The notes: a model not told the origin generated them from the sequence alone. A stretch of 64,000 nt of DNA from an uncultured Ruminococcus sp. (GCA_905202255.1 CAJKRH010000004.1:4287-68286); one strand, 5' to 3'. Positions 8,892 to 17,170 are shown, counted from the stretch's first letter. Numbers and translations are program-made.

Positions 8892-8918
8892 GCCTTAAAG
8901 GGGAGAACCTTTAGGACA
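8892..8918. repeat. Right inverted repeat (27 bp) of putative invertible segment
   Basis: GCCTTAAAGGGGAGAACCTTTAGGACA matches the reverse complement of 7484..7510 at 27/27 positions. Confidence 0.9.
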
Positions 8919-8980
8919 GAGACAGGGGATTTCAGCAACGGATTCATATGTGAAATCGATATGTCTAATATTGGTTTTAT

Positions 8981-9050
8981 TTGCTTTTTGCGTTTAAAAT
9001 AAGCGCAAAAAAGCAAAACAAAAAAGCCCTTTTTCAAGGGCTTTTATCTT
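8981..9050. terminator. Two adjacent hairpins (second with flanking A/T runs, bidirectional terminator-like)
   Basis: Hairpin 1 is TTGCTTTTTGCG...CGCAAAAAAGCAA (8981-9016). Hairpin 2 is AAGCCCTT-TTTC-AAGGGCTT (9024-9043), followed by a T-rich tract. Confidence 0.6.
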
Positions 9051-10232
9051 TATATAAAACAGGTTATTTTTGACTAAAAAGTTGCTCTGATTTCTTGTCC
9101 AATCATATACGCAGTGTGTGCGTGTAAGGTATGTCGCCGCTTTTTGAGTATCAGACAAATCAGCAGGCAGCAATGGATTATCGTCATGTTTCCAACCATA
9201 TTTAATTTCAAAATCTACATGCTTAAGATTTTTGCAACCTTCAAACGCTGAACTACCAATTTTCTTTACACTGCTAGGTATAACAATGCTTTTAAGTCCC
9301 GTACAACCTGAAAATGCACTCCAGCCTATACTACTTACATTATTCAATGTTATACTTGTTAACCCCGTACAACCTGAAAAAGCATAATTTTCTATTGTAC
9401 CAGATATCGTTAAAGTTGATAAGCCTATACATTCCGAAAATGCACTCCAGCCTATGTCAGTCACGCCATTGGGTATAGTTATATTTGCAAGCTTTGTGCA
9501 TCCATAAAAAGCAGCATTTCCTATTATCTCTACGCTATTTGGCATTGAAACGCTCATAAGCCCCGTGCATCCTTCAAATGTAGATTTGCTCACATATTTC
9601 ACACCATTTGGTATAGTTATATTCGATAATGCAGTACATCCTTTAAATGCCTCTGTTCCAATAGTTGTTACTCTATTGGGTATAGTTATATTTGCAAGGC
9701 TTGCACAGTTTTCAAACGCAGAATCTTCTATAGCTGTTACACTATTTGGTATAGATACCCTAGCTAACCTTGTGCATCCTTTAAATGCGTTCCGTTCGAT
9801 ACTTTTTACACCAATCGGTATGGTGACATTTGTAAGATTGGCGCAATTTTCAAATGCGGAATTTTCTATATAAGTAACACTATTTGGTATTATTACATTT
9901 GTTATATCGGTACATCCTTTGAATGCAGAATGGTGTATGCCTGTTACTGGCAAATCTTTATATTCCTCAAGTATTTTAACTTCTTCAACAATGTTTTTAT
10001 CTGTTCCAAAGACAACATAACTTTTTCCATCAATAGACAATTCATAGGTAACACCGCCTCTCAAATTGATATCCTTATATTGCTCGATAATATGTAAAGC
10101 GCTACGCCATGCGACTAAAGCAATTATAATAAATATGACTACAATAACTATAATCTTCTTTTTTGATGAATTTGTCGCTTTCTTTTTATTGCTAATATTA
10201 AAACTATACATTTCGTCATTCTGTTTTTCCAT
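8994..10232 (-). CDS. BspA-type leucine-rich repeat surface protein with N-terminal membrane anchor
   Basis: 412 aa with a GGAGG RBS. TM helix IIVIVVIFIIIALVAW. About 10 repeats of the IPNSVT.IE.SAFE.C..L..ITIP type (LRR_5/BspA-like). Confidence 0.8.
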   Translation of the reverse strand: MEKQNDEMYSFNISNKKKATNSSKKKIIVIVVIFIIIALVAWRSALHIIEQYKDINLRGGVTYELSIDGKSYVVFGTDKNIVEEVKILEEYKDLPVTGIHHSAFKGCTDITNVIIPNSVTYIENSAFENCANLTNVTIPIGVKSIERNAFKGCTRLARVSIPNSVTAIEDSAFENCASLANITIPNRVTTIGTEAFKGCTALSNITIPNGVKYVSKSTFEGCTGLMSVSMPNSVEIIGNAAFYGCTKLANITIPNGVTDIGWSAFSECIGLSTLTISGTIENYAFSGCTGLTSITLNNVSSIGWSAFSGCTGLKSIVIPSSVKKIGSSAFEGCKNLKHVDFEIKYGWKHDDNPLLPADLSDTQKAATYLTRTHCVYDWTRNQSNFLVKNNLFYIKIKALEKGLFCFAFLRLF

Positions 10233-10449
10233 TGTATGTCCTCCTACACATAATTAAAAACCTTGTTTTATAAAATTATATCATATTTTTTAGCAAAAGT
10301 AAACAAAAAAATCTGCTTTTCAAGGATTATTTTTCACGATAAAAATTTCCTTAAGATAAATCATAAAAGGCTCAAAATATTTGACTGTATAAAGAAAAAA
10401 CTGTTTTTTGCTTTTTTATAAAAACACTTTTAATGCCACAAAATTGCAA

Positions 10450-10487
10450 ACAAAAAAGCCCTTTTGCAAGGGCTTTTGTTTTTTTGT
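10450..10487. terminator. Bidirectional intrinsic terminator downstream of rpsR
   Basis: AGCCCTT-TTGC-AAGGGCT hairpin flanked by an A-run and a T-run. Confidence 0.75.
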
Positions 10488-10551
10488 AAAACAGAATAAT
10501 TTTCTTTGTACAAAATTGATTATTTTTGAGTGTGATGACTCAAAAAGCGAA

Positions 10552-10800
10552 TTAGTCGCTGATGAAGGGGAGAAGAGCGACATGACGGGCTCTCTTGATA
10601 GCCTCGGTCAGCTCTCTCTGATGCTTTGCGCAAGTGCCTGTGATTCTGCGGGGCAGAATTTTAGCTCTCTCGGAAGTAAACTTTCTGAGTCTTGCAACAT
10701 CCTTATAATCGATGTTTTCTACCTTTTCAGCACAGAAAACGCAAACTTTTTTCTTCTTTCTGTTCATGCGAACAGGCTGCTTCTGCATTTCCTTTTCCAT
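10552..10800 (-). CDS. rpsR: 30S ribosomal protein S18
   Basis: 82 aa. [46 protein letters not shown] is a classic S18 sequence. Confidence 0.97.
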   Translation of the reverse strand: MEKEMQKQPVRMNRKKKKVCVFCAEKVENIDYKDVARLRKFTSERAKILPRRITGTCAKHQRELTEAIKRARHVALLPFISD

Positions 10801-10836
10801 TATACGAAACCTCCTATATTATTTCTGCTGCCGTAA

Positions 10837-11265
10837 TCAGAACGGCAAATCGTCGTCGCCGGAAACTTCCTCGAATTTGGGAGCTTCAACCTCACCTGTA
10901 GAGAAAGCGGGAGCAGGATATTCTTCGCTTCTGCCTTCGCTCTTTCTCTCAACGAAGCTTGCCTCATCGGCTACGACCTCTGTGGCATAACGCTTGGAAC
11001 CGTCATTTGCCGTCCATGTTCTCGTCTGAATAGAACCGCAAATGCATATGGCACTGCCTTTTCTGAAATATTTCGTTATAAATTCGGCTGTGCTTCTCCA
11101 AGCGACAATATTGATGAAATCGCTCTGGGGCTGCTCGCCCTGACGCTGAAATCTTCTTGTTACACCGATAGAAAACGAAGTAACACTCACGCCCGAGGGA
11201 GTCTGCTTGAGCTCCGGATCAGCCGTAAGATGCCCGATAAGAATAACCTTGTTAAGACTTGCCAT
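10837..11265 (-). CDS. ssb: Single-stranded DNA-binding protein
   Basis: 142 aa. MASLNKVILIGHLTADPELKQTPSGVSV OB-fold and an acidic tail ending DDDLPF. Confidence 0.97.
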   Translation of the reverse strand: MASLNKVILIGHLTADPELKQTPSGVSVTSFSIGVTRRFQRQGEQPQSDFINIVAWRSTAEFITKYFRKGSAICICGSIQTRTWTANDGSKRYATEVVADEASFVERKSEGRSEEYPAPAFSTGEVEAPKFEEVSGDDDLPF

Positions 11266-11288
11266 ATTTTAACGCCTCCTTGTGTTAT

Positions 11289-11579
11289 TTACGCTTTGAT
11301 TGTCATGGAACGCATAACGCCTTCCGTGATGTTAAAGATACGCTCGAGTTCAGCTACAAAGCTCGGCTCTGCCTCGAAATTAACGAGAACATAGTAGCCG
11401 TCATTCATATCGTTGATGGGATAAGCAAGTCTGCGCTTGCCCCACTCATCGAAGCTTTCCACCGTTCCGTTAGCCTCGATAAGGCTTTTGAACTTTTCAA
11501 CAACAGCGGCTGTAGCTTCTTCTCCGCCCGAAACATCGACAATAAACATAGTTTCGTACTTAGAAAGAATCTTTTCCAT
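11289..11579 (-). CDS. rpsF: 30S ribosomal protein S6
   Basis: Start placed at MEKILSKYETMFIV, with AAAGGAGG upstream. KRRLAYPI motif present. Sits in the conserved rpsF-ssb-rpsR order. Confidence 0.95.
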   Translation of the reverse strand: MEKILSKYETMFIVDVSGGEEATAAVVEKFKSLIEANGTVESFDEWGKRRLAYPINDMNDGYYVLVNFEAEPSFVAELERIFNITEGVMRSMTIKA

Positions 11580-11673
11580 TATTGTGCACCTCCTTTTGGA
11601 CATAAGGCCGCGAACATATGAAATTTACCCGCGGCAAGGAGAAAAGGCATTTTCAGCCTTCTTCCGATGTAGT

Positions 11674-11702
11674 ATTATATCATTATATTCCGGTTTTGTC
11701 AA
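11674..11702 (-). promoter_or_regulatory. Consensus sigma-A promoter of rpsF-ssb-rpsR
   Basis: On the minus strand: TTGACA, 17-nt spacer, TATAAT. It lies about 95 nt upstream of the rpsF ATG. Confidence 0.7.
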
Positions 11703-11911
11703 TTGATTTTTCGCTTTTCCTTTAAAATTTTTGTATTTTTACTTAAAATTTCAAAAAAAGCCTTGCATTTATGCTCGTTTTATGGTATGATAATAAACAC
11801 TATGGGCATTGTCACTCTGAAATGCCGTATTTTGAAATTTTTATTCCGCCGCATAATGAGACGGTAAGCGCGGAAAATTCAAATAAATCCGTCGGATTGG
11901 AGATTTTTGAA

Positions 11912-12151
11912 ATGAGCACTATATCCATTGTTTTCGGTTCTATACTTCTTGCTTGTGCGCTCTTCCTTATCGTAGCAGTCCTTCTTCAGGATTCTCAGAA
12001 AGGTCTTTCCGGTGCCATCGCAGGCGGTTCTGACACTTACTACGGCAAGAACAAAGGCAAATCCAAGCAGAAAAAGCTCTCTAAGCTCACAGCGATAGCT
12101 TCCATCGTATTCGTTGTTATTGCTCTCGCTACATTCGTAGTAGGCAAATAA
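11912..12151 (+). CDS. secG: Preprotein translocase subunit SecG
   Basis: 79 aa from MSTISIVFGSILLACALFLIVAVLLQDSQKGLSGAIAGG. Two TM helices, typical SecG. Confidence 0.85.
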   Translation: MSTISIVFGSILLACALFLIVAVLLQDSQKGLSGAIAGGSDTYYGKNKGKSKQKKLSKLTAIASIVFVVIALATFVVGK

Positions 12152-12288
12152 GAGGCGCTTCCCGCTTTGACAATCGATACCTTTACCCTATAAAGATATT
12201 GCACGCAAACGAATTAAAGCAGTGGGCGGCAGAAGCTTTTTGCCTCTGCCGCTCTTTGATTTTTAAAGCTTATTTTTCAGGAGAATAA

Positions 12289-13401
12289 ATGAAAAACAAA
12301 GAAAAAAAAACCCCGAAATACGCAAATGTCGGCGGTCAGGCTGTTCTTGAAGGCGTAATGATGAAAAGCGGAGAGCGCGTCAGCGTTTCCGTGCGCCGCG
12401 AGGACGGCACAATAAAAACAAAAAATTCCGAATTTATCTCGGCACGCAAAAAATGCGCGTTTTTCCGCCTGCCGATAATCCGCGGCGTTGTCAACTTTGT
12501 GGAAATGATGATACTTTCATTCAAAACGCTGGACAGCTCCGCTTCCCTGCTCGGCATCGACGAAACGGAGACAAAATTCGAAAAATGGCTGAAAAAGAAG
12601 TTCGGCAAGAGCATACTTGATGTTCTCATGCCGATATCGGCAGTGCTCGGCGTGGCGCTCGCACTCGTCATATTCATGTATCTGCCCGCCCTTGCCACCT
12701 CCGGCATAGAAAAGCTTGCGGGCAAGGACCTCGGCGTTTTCAAGGGAATCATCGAGGGTGTAATGAAGATTGCCATCTTTATAGCATATATCTCCCTCGT
12801 TTCGCTCATGCCCGATATACGCCGCACTTTCGAATATCACGGTGCGGAGCATAAATCCATCTTCTGCTATGAGAAAAAACTTTCGCTGACCGTCGAAAAT
12901 GTCAAGGCGCAGCGCCGTTTTCACCCCAGATGCGGAACAAGCTTCATGTTTGTCATGATAATCCTCGGCATCATCATCGGTCTTTTCATCACATGGGATA
13001 ACAGGCTTGTCCGCGTGCTATGCAAAATTCTGACGCTGCCGCTCGTTGTCGGCATAGGCTATGAATTTCTCATGTTCTCGGCAAAGCACGATAATATTGT
13101 CACCAAGGTGCTCACTGCGCCCGGTCTCTGGATTCAGCGCATCACGACGCGCGAACCCGATGCCTCTCAGATAGAGGTCGCCATCCGCTCGCTCAAATGC
13201 GCTCTGCCCGAGGAATTTCCCGAGGAGATAGCAATAGTCGAAGCCGAAAACGCCGCCGAAGAAGCAGGCGTTTCCGAAAAGAGCGACGGAACATCGAGTG
13301 AAAATTCCGCCGCAGAAAGCACCGGCGAAAACGGCAATACCCATTCGTCGGAAGAAGAAACAACAGTCGAGACGGACGGGCACGACAGCGCGGCAAGCTG
13401 A
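12289..13401 (+). CDS. DUF1385-family membrane protein (YqhQ-like), acidic low-complexity tail
   Basis: 370 aa. YHGAEHKSI and FHPRCGTSF motifs. Sits in the usual position upstream of prmC. Confidence 0.75.
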   Translation: MKNKEKKTPKYANVGGQAVLEGVMMKSGERVSVSVRREDGTIKTKNSEFISARKKCAFFRLPIIRGVVNFVEMMILSFKTLDSSASLLGIDETETKFEKWLKKKFGKSILDVLMPISAVLGVALALVIFMYLPALATSGIEKLAGKDLGVFKGIIEGVMKIAIFIAYISLVSLMPDIRRTFEYHGAEHKSIFCYEKKLSLTVENVKAQRRFHPRCGTSFMFVMIILGIIIGLFITWDNRLVRVLCKILTLPLVVGIGYEFLMFSAKHDNIVTKVLTAPGLWIQRITTREPDASQIEVAIRSLKCALPEEFPEEIAIVEAENAAEEAGVSEKSDGTSSENSAAESTGENGNTHSSEEETTVETDGHDSAAS

Positions 13402-13404
13402 AAT

Positions 13405-14238
13405 ATGACTTATTTTGAACTGAAAAAATATATATCCGAAAAACTCGTCGCCACAAGCGGCGAGCTTTCCGATTATGAGGCACTTCTCTTCATAGAGCGG
13501 CTCTGCGGCATTTCGCGTGCGGAGCTTCTCATGCGTATGCATGACGAGGCGCATTTTGATGAGAAACTGCTTGAAAATATGCTCGCAAGGCGAACAAAAG
13601 GCGAGCCTGCCGAATATATTCTTGGAGAGACGGTGTTTTTCGATTTGCGCATAGGACTGACGCGCGATTGCCTTATCCCGCGCGCAGATACGGAATTTGT
13701 ATGCGAAAAGGCGCTCTCGCTCCTGCCCGAAAATGCGCGCGCGGCAGACCTCTGCACAGGCAGCGGCTGTATCGCCATAGCGTTGGCAAAGCACGGCGGT
13801 GCCCATGTTTTCGCCTGCGATATATCCGCGGGCGTTATAGAAAAAGCCAAAGAAAACGCGGCGGCAAACGGCGTTTCGGCGCTGACCGAATTTTCCGTTG
13901 CCGATGTGAAGAGCGACGCGCTCGAGGGCGAATATGATATGATAATATCGAATCCGCCGTATATCAGAACCGCCGATATCGCGGGGCTCGGCGAGAGCAT
14001 CGCATATGAGCCGTATATCGCGCTCGACGGCGGCGGCGACGGCATGGATTTTTACCGCGCGATACTGCGCTATGCGCCCTCTCATCTGAAAGCCGACGGA
14101 AAAATAATTTTTGAGATAGGATACGACGAGGAGAGCGAAATAAAAAACCTCGCCGCATCATTCGGGCTTGGCTGTGAGGTTTTCCGTGATTACGGCGGAA
14201 ATCCGCGCGCGGCTGTGATTTTTCGAAAGGAAGAATAA
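13405..14238 (+). CDS. prmC: Peptide chain release factor N5-glutamine methyltransferase
   Basis: 277 aa. SAM motif DLCTGSGCIA and catalytic NPPY (IISNPPYI). Confidence 0.9.
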   Translation: MTYFELKKYISEKLVATSGELSDYEALLFIERLCGISRAELLMRMHDEAHFDEKLLENMLARRTKGEPAEYILGETVFFDLRIGLTRDCLIPRADTEFVCEKALSLLPENARAADLCTGSGCIAIALAKHGGAHVFACDISAGVIEKAKENAAANGVSALTEFSVADVKSDALEGEYDMIISNPPYIRTADIAGLGESIAYEPYIALDGGGDGMDFYRAILRYAPSHLKADGKIIFEIGYDEESEIKNLAASFGLGCEVFRDYGGNPRAAVIFRKEE

Positions 14239-14240
14239 CC

Positions 14241-15041
14241 ATGGACAGACGACCGATAGGCGTTTTTGACAGCGGACTCGGCGGGCTTTGCGCCGTTTCC
14301 GAGCTCACAAAAATACTCCCCGGAGAGGATATAATCTATTTCGGCGATACAGGCAGGGTGCCTTACGGCTCCCGTTCCATTCAGACACTGCGCAAATACG
14401 CCGCCGAGGATATCGCTTTTCTTCTCTCACACGATGTGAAAATGATACTTGCCGCCTGCGGCACGGTCAGTTCATCTGTGCTCGAAGATTTTGCGGGCGA
14501 GTGTCCCGTTCCTCTTCTCGGCGTTGTCGACGGCGCGGTAAAAAAAGCCGTTTCGCTCTGCCATGGCGGCAAAATAGGCATAATCGGCACGGAAACGACA
14601 GTAAACAGCGGTATTTTCGAGCGAAAGATTCATGAGATTATGCCAGATGCCAAACTGAAAAGCATTGCCTGTCCGCTATTTGTGCCGCTCGTGGAAAACG
14701 GATTTATCTCGCGCGATTGCGAGATAACACGCCTCATGTGCCGCCATTATCTCGCGGAAATGAAGGCTTTTTCTCCCGATGTACTTATTCTCGGCTGCAC
14801 ACACTTCCCTATCATATCGGAAATAATAGCCGATTTCATGCCAGATGTCGCGCTTGTAGATCCTGCAAAGGAAGCGGCGCATGAGCTTCTTCATGTGCTG
14901 AACTCCATGGGCATCGCTTCCGGCAGCACGCGCGGCGAGGTGAAATATTTTGTTTCCGATGCGCCCGAGCGCTTCTCGGCAAACGCATGGATTTTCCTCG
15001 GCGGCGAAAACGAGATAAAGGCAAATAAAGTGGAACTCTGA
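14241..15041 (+). CDS. murI: Glutamate racemase
   Basis: 266 aa. IGVFDSGLGGL, ACGTVSS and LGCTHFP motifs. Confidence 0.95.
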   Translation: MDRRPIGVFDSGLGGLCAVSELTKILPGEDIIYFGDTGRVPYGSRSIQTLRKYAAEDIAFLLSHDVKMILAACGTVSSSVLEDFAGECPVPLLGVVDGAVKKAVSLCHGGKIGIIGTETTVNSGIFERKIHEIMPDAKLKSIACPLFVPLVENGFISRDCEITRLMCRHYLAEMKAFSPDVLILGCTHFPIISEIIADFMPDVALVDPAKEAAHELLHVLNSMGIASGSTRGEVKYFVSDAPERFSANAWIFLGGENEIKANKVEL

Positions 15042-15057
15042 AAACGAATATGTGTAT

Positions 15058-15095
15058 AAAAGCAGGGCGCGGTTTTCCGCGCCCTGCTTTGTTGT
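15058..15095 (+). terminator. Intrinsic terminator after murI
   Basis: AGCAGGGCGCGG-TTTT-CCGCGCCCTGCT followed by a T-rich tract. Confidence 0.8.
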
Positions 15096-15151
15096 GTCGA
15101 AAAAGTATTTTTCACTGTAAAAACAGATAGATAAAAGTATTTTTTTGTATA

Positions 15152-15199
15152 GCCTTCTCCTGCGGGAGAAGGGGAACCGCGATAGCGGTGGATGAGGAG
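15152..15199. repeat. REP-like GC-rich element, left copy
   Basis: GCCTTCTCC-TGCG-GGAGAAGG hairpin followed by ...GGTGGATGAGG. It is the inverted counterpart of 15246..15341. Confidence 0.6.
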
Positions 15200-15204
15200 T
15201 AAAA

Positions 15205-15234
15205 TTGAAATTTTGACGCAAATATTACTATAAT
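15205..15234 (+). promoter_or_regulatory. Promoter-like core between inverted REP-like elements
   Basis: TTGAAA, 18-nt spacer, TATAAT. Confidence 0.4.
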
Positions 15235-15245
15235 TTATCTGTAAA

Positions 15246-15341
15246 CACCTCATCCGTCGCCTACGGCTACCACCTTCCCCTGTCTCGGCGACGCCGACCG
15301 CGTTTGCTTCGCAAATCGGTCAATTCCCCACTGGGGAAGGC
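15246..15341. repeat. REP-like GC-rich element, right copy (expanded loop)
   Basis: CCTCATCC, 17 nt, then CCTTCCCC - 52-nt loop - GGGGAAGG, followed by CTTTCTTTT. Confidence 0.6.
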
Positions 15342-15443
15342 TTTCTTTTGTTGCCGATTCTATGTATCGCCAAAACTAATTTCTGAATTTATGTTTTTTC
15401 GACGCTTTGGCAGGGCGCAGTTTTCCGCGCCCTCTTATTTTTA

Positions 15444-16874
15444 TTACTGTCTTACTGCTTTTTCTTTCTTTTTCTCGGGAGGAAGCAGTTCTTTTTTGCG
15501 TCTTGCTTCCTTTGCCACGAAGCTGCTCAGAGCGAAAAGCGCTATTACATTGGGGATAACAAGGAGCAGATCAAAAACATCCTGCAGGTTCCACACGAGG
15601 TCATTATAGAGCATGGAACCGACAAAAACGCAGGCAAGCGACACGAAATTATATATTATCAGTGCCGACTTTCTGTTTCCGAAAAGCGATACTATATTCA
15701 GCCTGCCGAAATAATTCCAGCTGATTATCGTTGAAAAAGCGAAGAACAGGAGGCACACCGCGACAAAAGCGCCGCCTATCTTATCTCCGAATACGGACGA
15801 AAACGCCGCCTGCGCGAGATTTGTCTTTTCATATCCCGCAATGCCCGAAAGCCCGTCATGACCCGCATACATCGTTGAAATGACGACTAGTGCCGTCAGC
15901 GTCAGCACGACAAATGTGTCTATAAATACGCCTATCATGGCGACAACACCCTGTTCATGCGGATTTTTCACCTTGGCGATGGCATGCGCATGCGGCGTTG
16001 AGCCCATGCCCGCTTCATTGGAGAAAAGACCGCGCTTCGCACCCTGCGATATGGCTGTTTTCAGCGCATAGCCGATTCCGCCGCCGATAAGTGCATCGGG
16101 TCGGAAAGCATATCTGAATATCATGCCGAATGTCTCCGGCACATATTTTATTCTCACGCAGATTATCGCAAGAGAGCCGACGATATAGATAAGCGCCATT
16201 ACGGGAACCATCTTTTCCGTCACGGAAGCAAGCCGTTTGGAGCCGCCGAAAAATACAAGCGCCGCAAGCAGAGTAATCGCCAGACCGACTGCCCACGCAG
16301 GTATGCCGAAGGCATTGTTCATGGATTCACCTATGGAATTTGACTGAACCATAGCACCCATAAGTCCGAGCGCCAGTATCGCCGCTATCGAGAAGAATAC
16401 GGCAAGCGCCTTTCCGAATTTCCCGCGGAAAGCTTCCTTTATATAATATACAGGACCGCCGACAACCTCTCCGTTTTCATCCGTCTGCTTTGTTTTCTGC
16501 GCTAGAGTTGCCTCGGCATATATCGTAGCCATGCCGAGAAAAGCTATCAGCCACATCCAGAATATGGCACCGGGTCCGCCTATGAGTATAGCACCGCAGG
16601 CACCGACAATATTTCCCGTGCCGACCTGCGCGGCAATAGCCGTTGTCAAAGCCTGAAACGAGCTCATGCCGTCCTTGCCTGCTTTTTTGCCGTTCAGGCT
16701 GAACTCGCCGAACATTCTCCGCCAGCCTTCTCCGAAGCAGCGTATCTGCACAAATTTTGTGCGGAAGGTAAAGAAAAGTCCGCAGGCGATGAGAAGAATC
16801 GTGATGGCATAATCGGCAAGGATATTGTCGATTTTCACCACTATGTCGTTGAGTGCGTTTAAAAATCCGGTCAT
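15444..16874 (-). CDS. Amino acid:sodium symporter, alanine/glycine (AGCS) family
   Basis: Start placed at MTGFLNALN, with GGAGG 8 nt upstream. About 11 TM segments. QALTTAIAAQVGTGNIVG and GLFSNEAGMGS motifs are typical of AGCS. Confidence 0.9.
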   Translation of the reverse strand: MTGFLNALNDIVVKIDNILADYAITILLIACGLFFTFRTKFVQIRCFGEGWRRMFGEFSLNGKKAGKDGMSSFQALTTAIAAQVGTGNIVGACGAILIGGPGAIFWMWLIAFLGMATIYAEATLAQKTKQTDENGEVVGGPVYYIKEAFRGKFGKALAVFFSIAAILALGLMGAMVQSNSIGESMNNAFGIPAWAVGLAITLLAALVFFGGSKRLASVTEKMVPVMALIYIVGSLAIICVRIKYVPETFGMIFRYAFRPDALIGGGIGYALKTAISQGAKRGLFSNEAGMGSTPHAHAIAKVKNPHEQGVVAMIGVFIDTFVVLTLTALVVISTMYAGHDGLSGIAGYEKTNLAQAAFSSVFGDKIGGAFVAVCLLFFAFSTIISWNYFGRLNIVSLFGNRKSALIIYNFVSLACVFVGSMLYNDLVWNLQDVFDLLLVIPNVIALFALSSFVAKEARRKKELLPPEKKKEKAVRQ

Positions 16875-16887
16875 AAAGCTTTCCTCC

Positions 16888-16928
16888 AAAAAATGAAAAT
16901 AGGAGCCGTCCGTACCTCGGGCAGCTCC
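16888..16928 (-). terminator. Riboswitch expression-platform terminator
   Basis: On the minus strand: GGAGCTGCCCGAGGTACGGACGGCTCC followed by TATTTTCATTTTTT, immediately before the symporter RBS. Confidence 0.65.
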
Positions 16929-16999
16929 GCAAACAAATCAGAAAAAGCAATATTTCTGCGATATATCACGCCGAAAATACGGTTAAGATACGCACAGTG

Positions 17000-17170
17000 A
17001 AAATTTGCTCTGTCCTTTTGCCTGAGAGATTCGGCTTTTGCCTTGCACCTTCGGCACCCAAACGGGTTTCTCCAGAGTTCTCTGTATTTTCCGGTCCTAT
17101 CCTTTTTATTCGGATGCCTGAGAGTATTGCTCCTTCGGCGGGCATCTGCCACTTTCCCGAAAAACTTCAA
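17000..17170 (-). ncRNA. Tandem glycine riboswitch (two aptamers)
   Basis: Minus-strand aptamer 2 is CTCTGGAGAAACCCGTTTGGGTGCCGAAGGTGCAAGG...CTCTCAGGCAAAAGGACAGAG. Aptamer 1 is CGGGAAAGTGGCAGATGCCCGCCGAAGGAGCAATACTCTCAGGCATCCGAATAAAAAGGATAGG. Both match the GGAGA...CCGAAGG.GCAA...CTCAGGCAAAAGGAC consensus. Confidence 0.85.

Noticed and set aside
7484-8918. Alternative reading of the IR-flanked integrase as an insertion sequence with terminal inverted repeats.
   Set aside because: The enzyme is a tyrosine recombinase, not a DDE transposase. No target-site duplication flanks the IRs. Each IR has the arm-spacer-arm anatomy of a recombinase core site. This reading is kept only as a fallback hypothesis under the main finding.
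11580-11673. Possible S6:S18-binding autoregulatory leader upstream of rpsF.
   Set aside because: The leader length and position are right, but I cannot verify the conserved structure by eye. It needs an Rfam scan before being called.
13018-14085. Long ORFs antisense to well-supported genes. Examples: 13018..14085 (355 aa, opposite prmC), 22580..23587 (opposite the AI-2E transporter), 33343..34335 (opposite aspS), 42732..44222 (496 aa, opposite the GH94-like gene), 51650..52561 (opposite integrase 1), 57595..58347 (opposite argS), 59134..59922 (opposite the phosphohexomutase), 60649..61575 (opposite ogg) and 61515..62621 (opposite serS).
   Set aside because: Each lies opposite a gene with unmistakable family motifs. 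Their translations are Arg/Ala/Cys-rich low-complexity sequences with no motifs or RBS. Open antisense frames are expected in GC-rich coding DNA.
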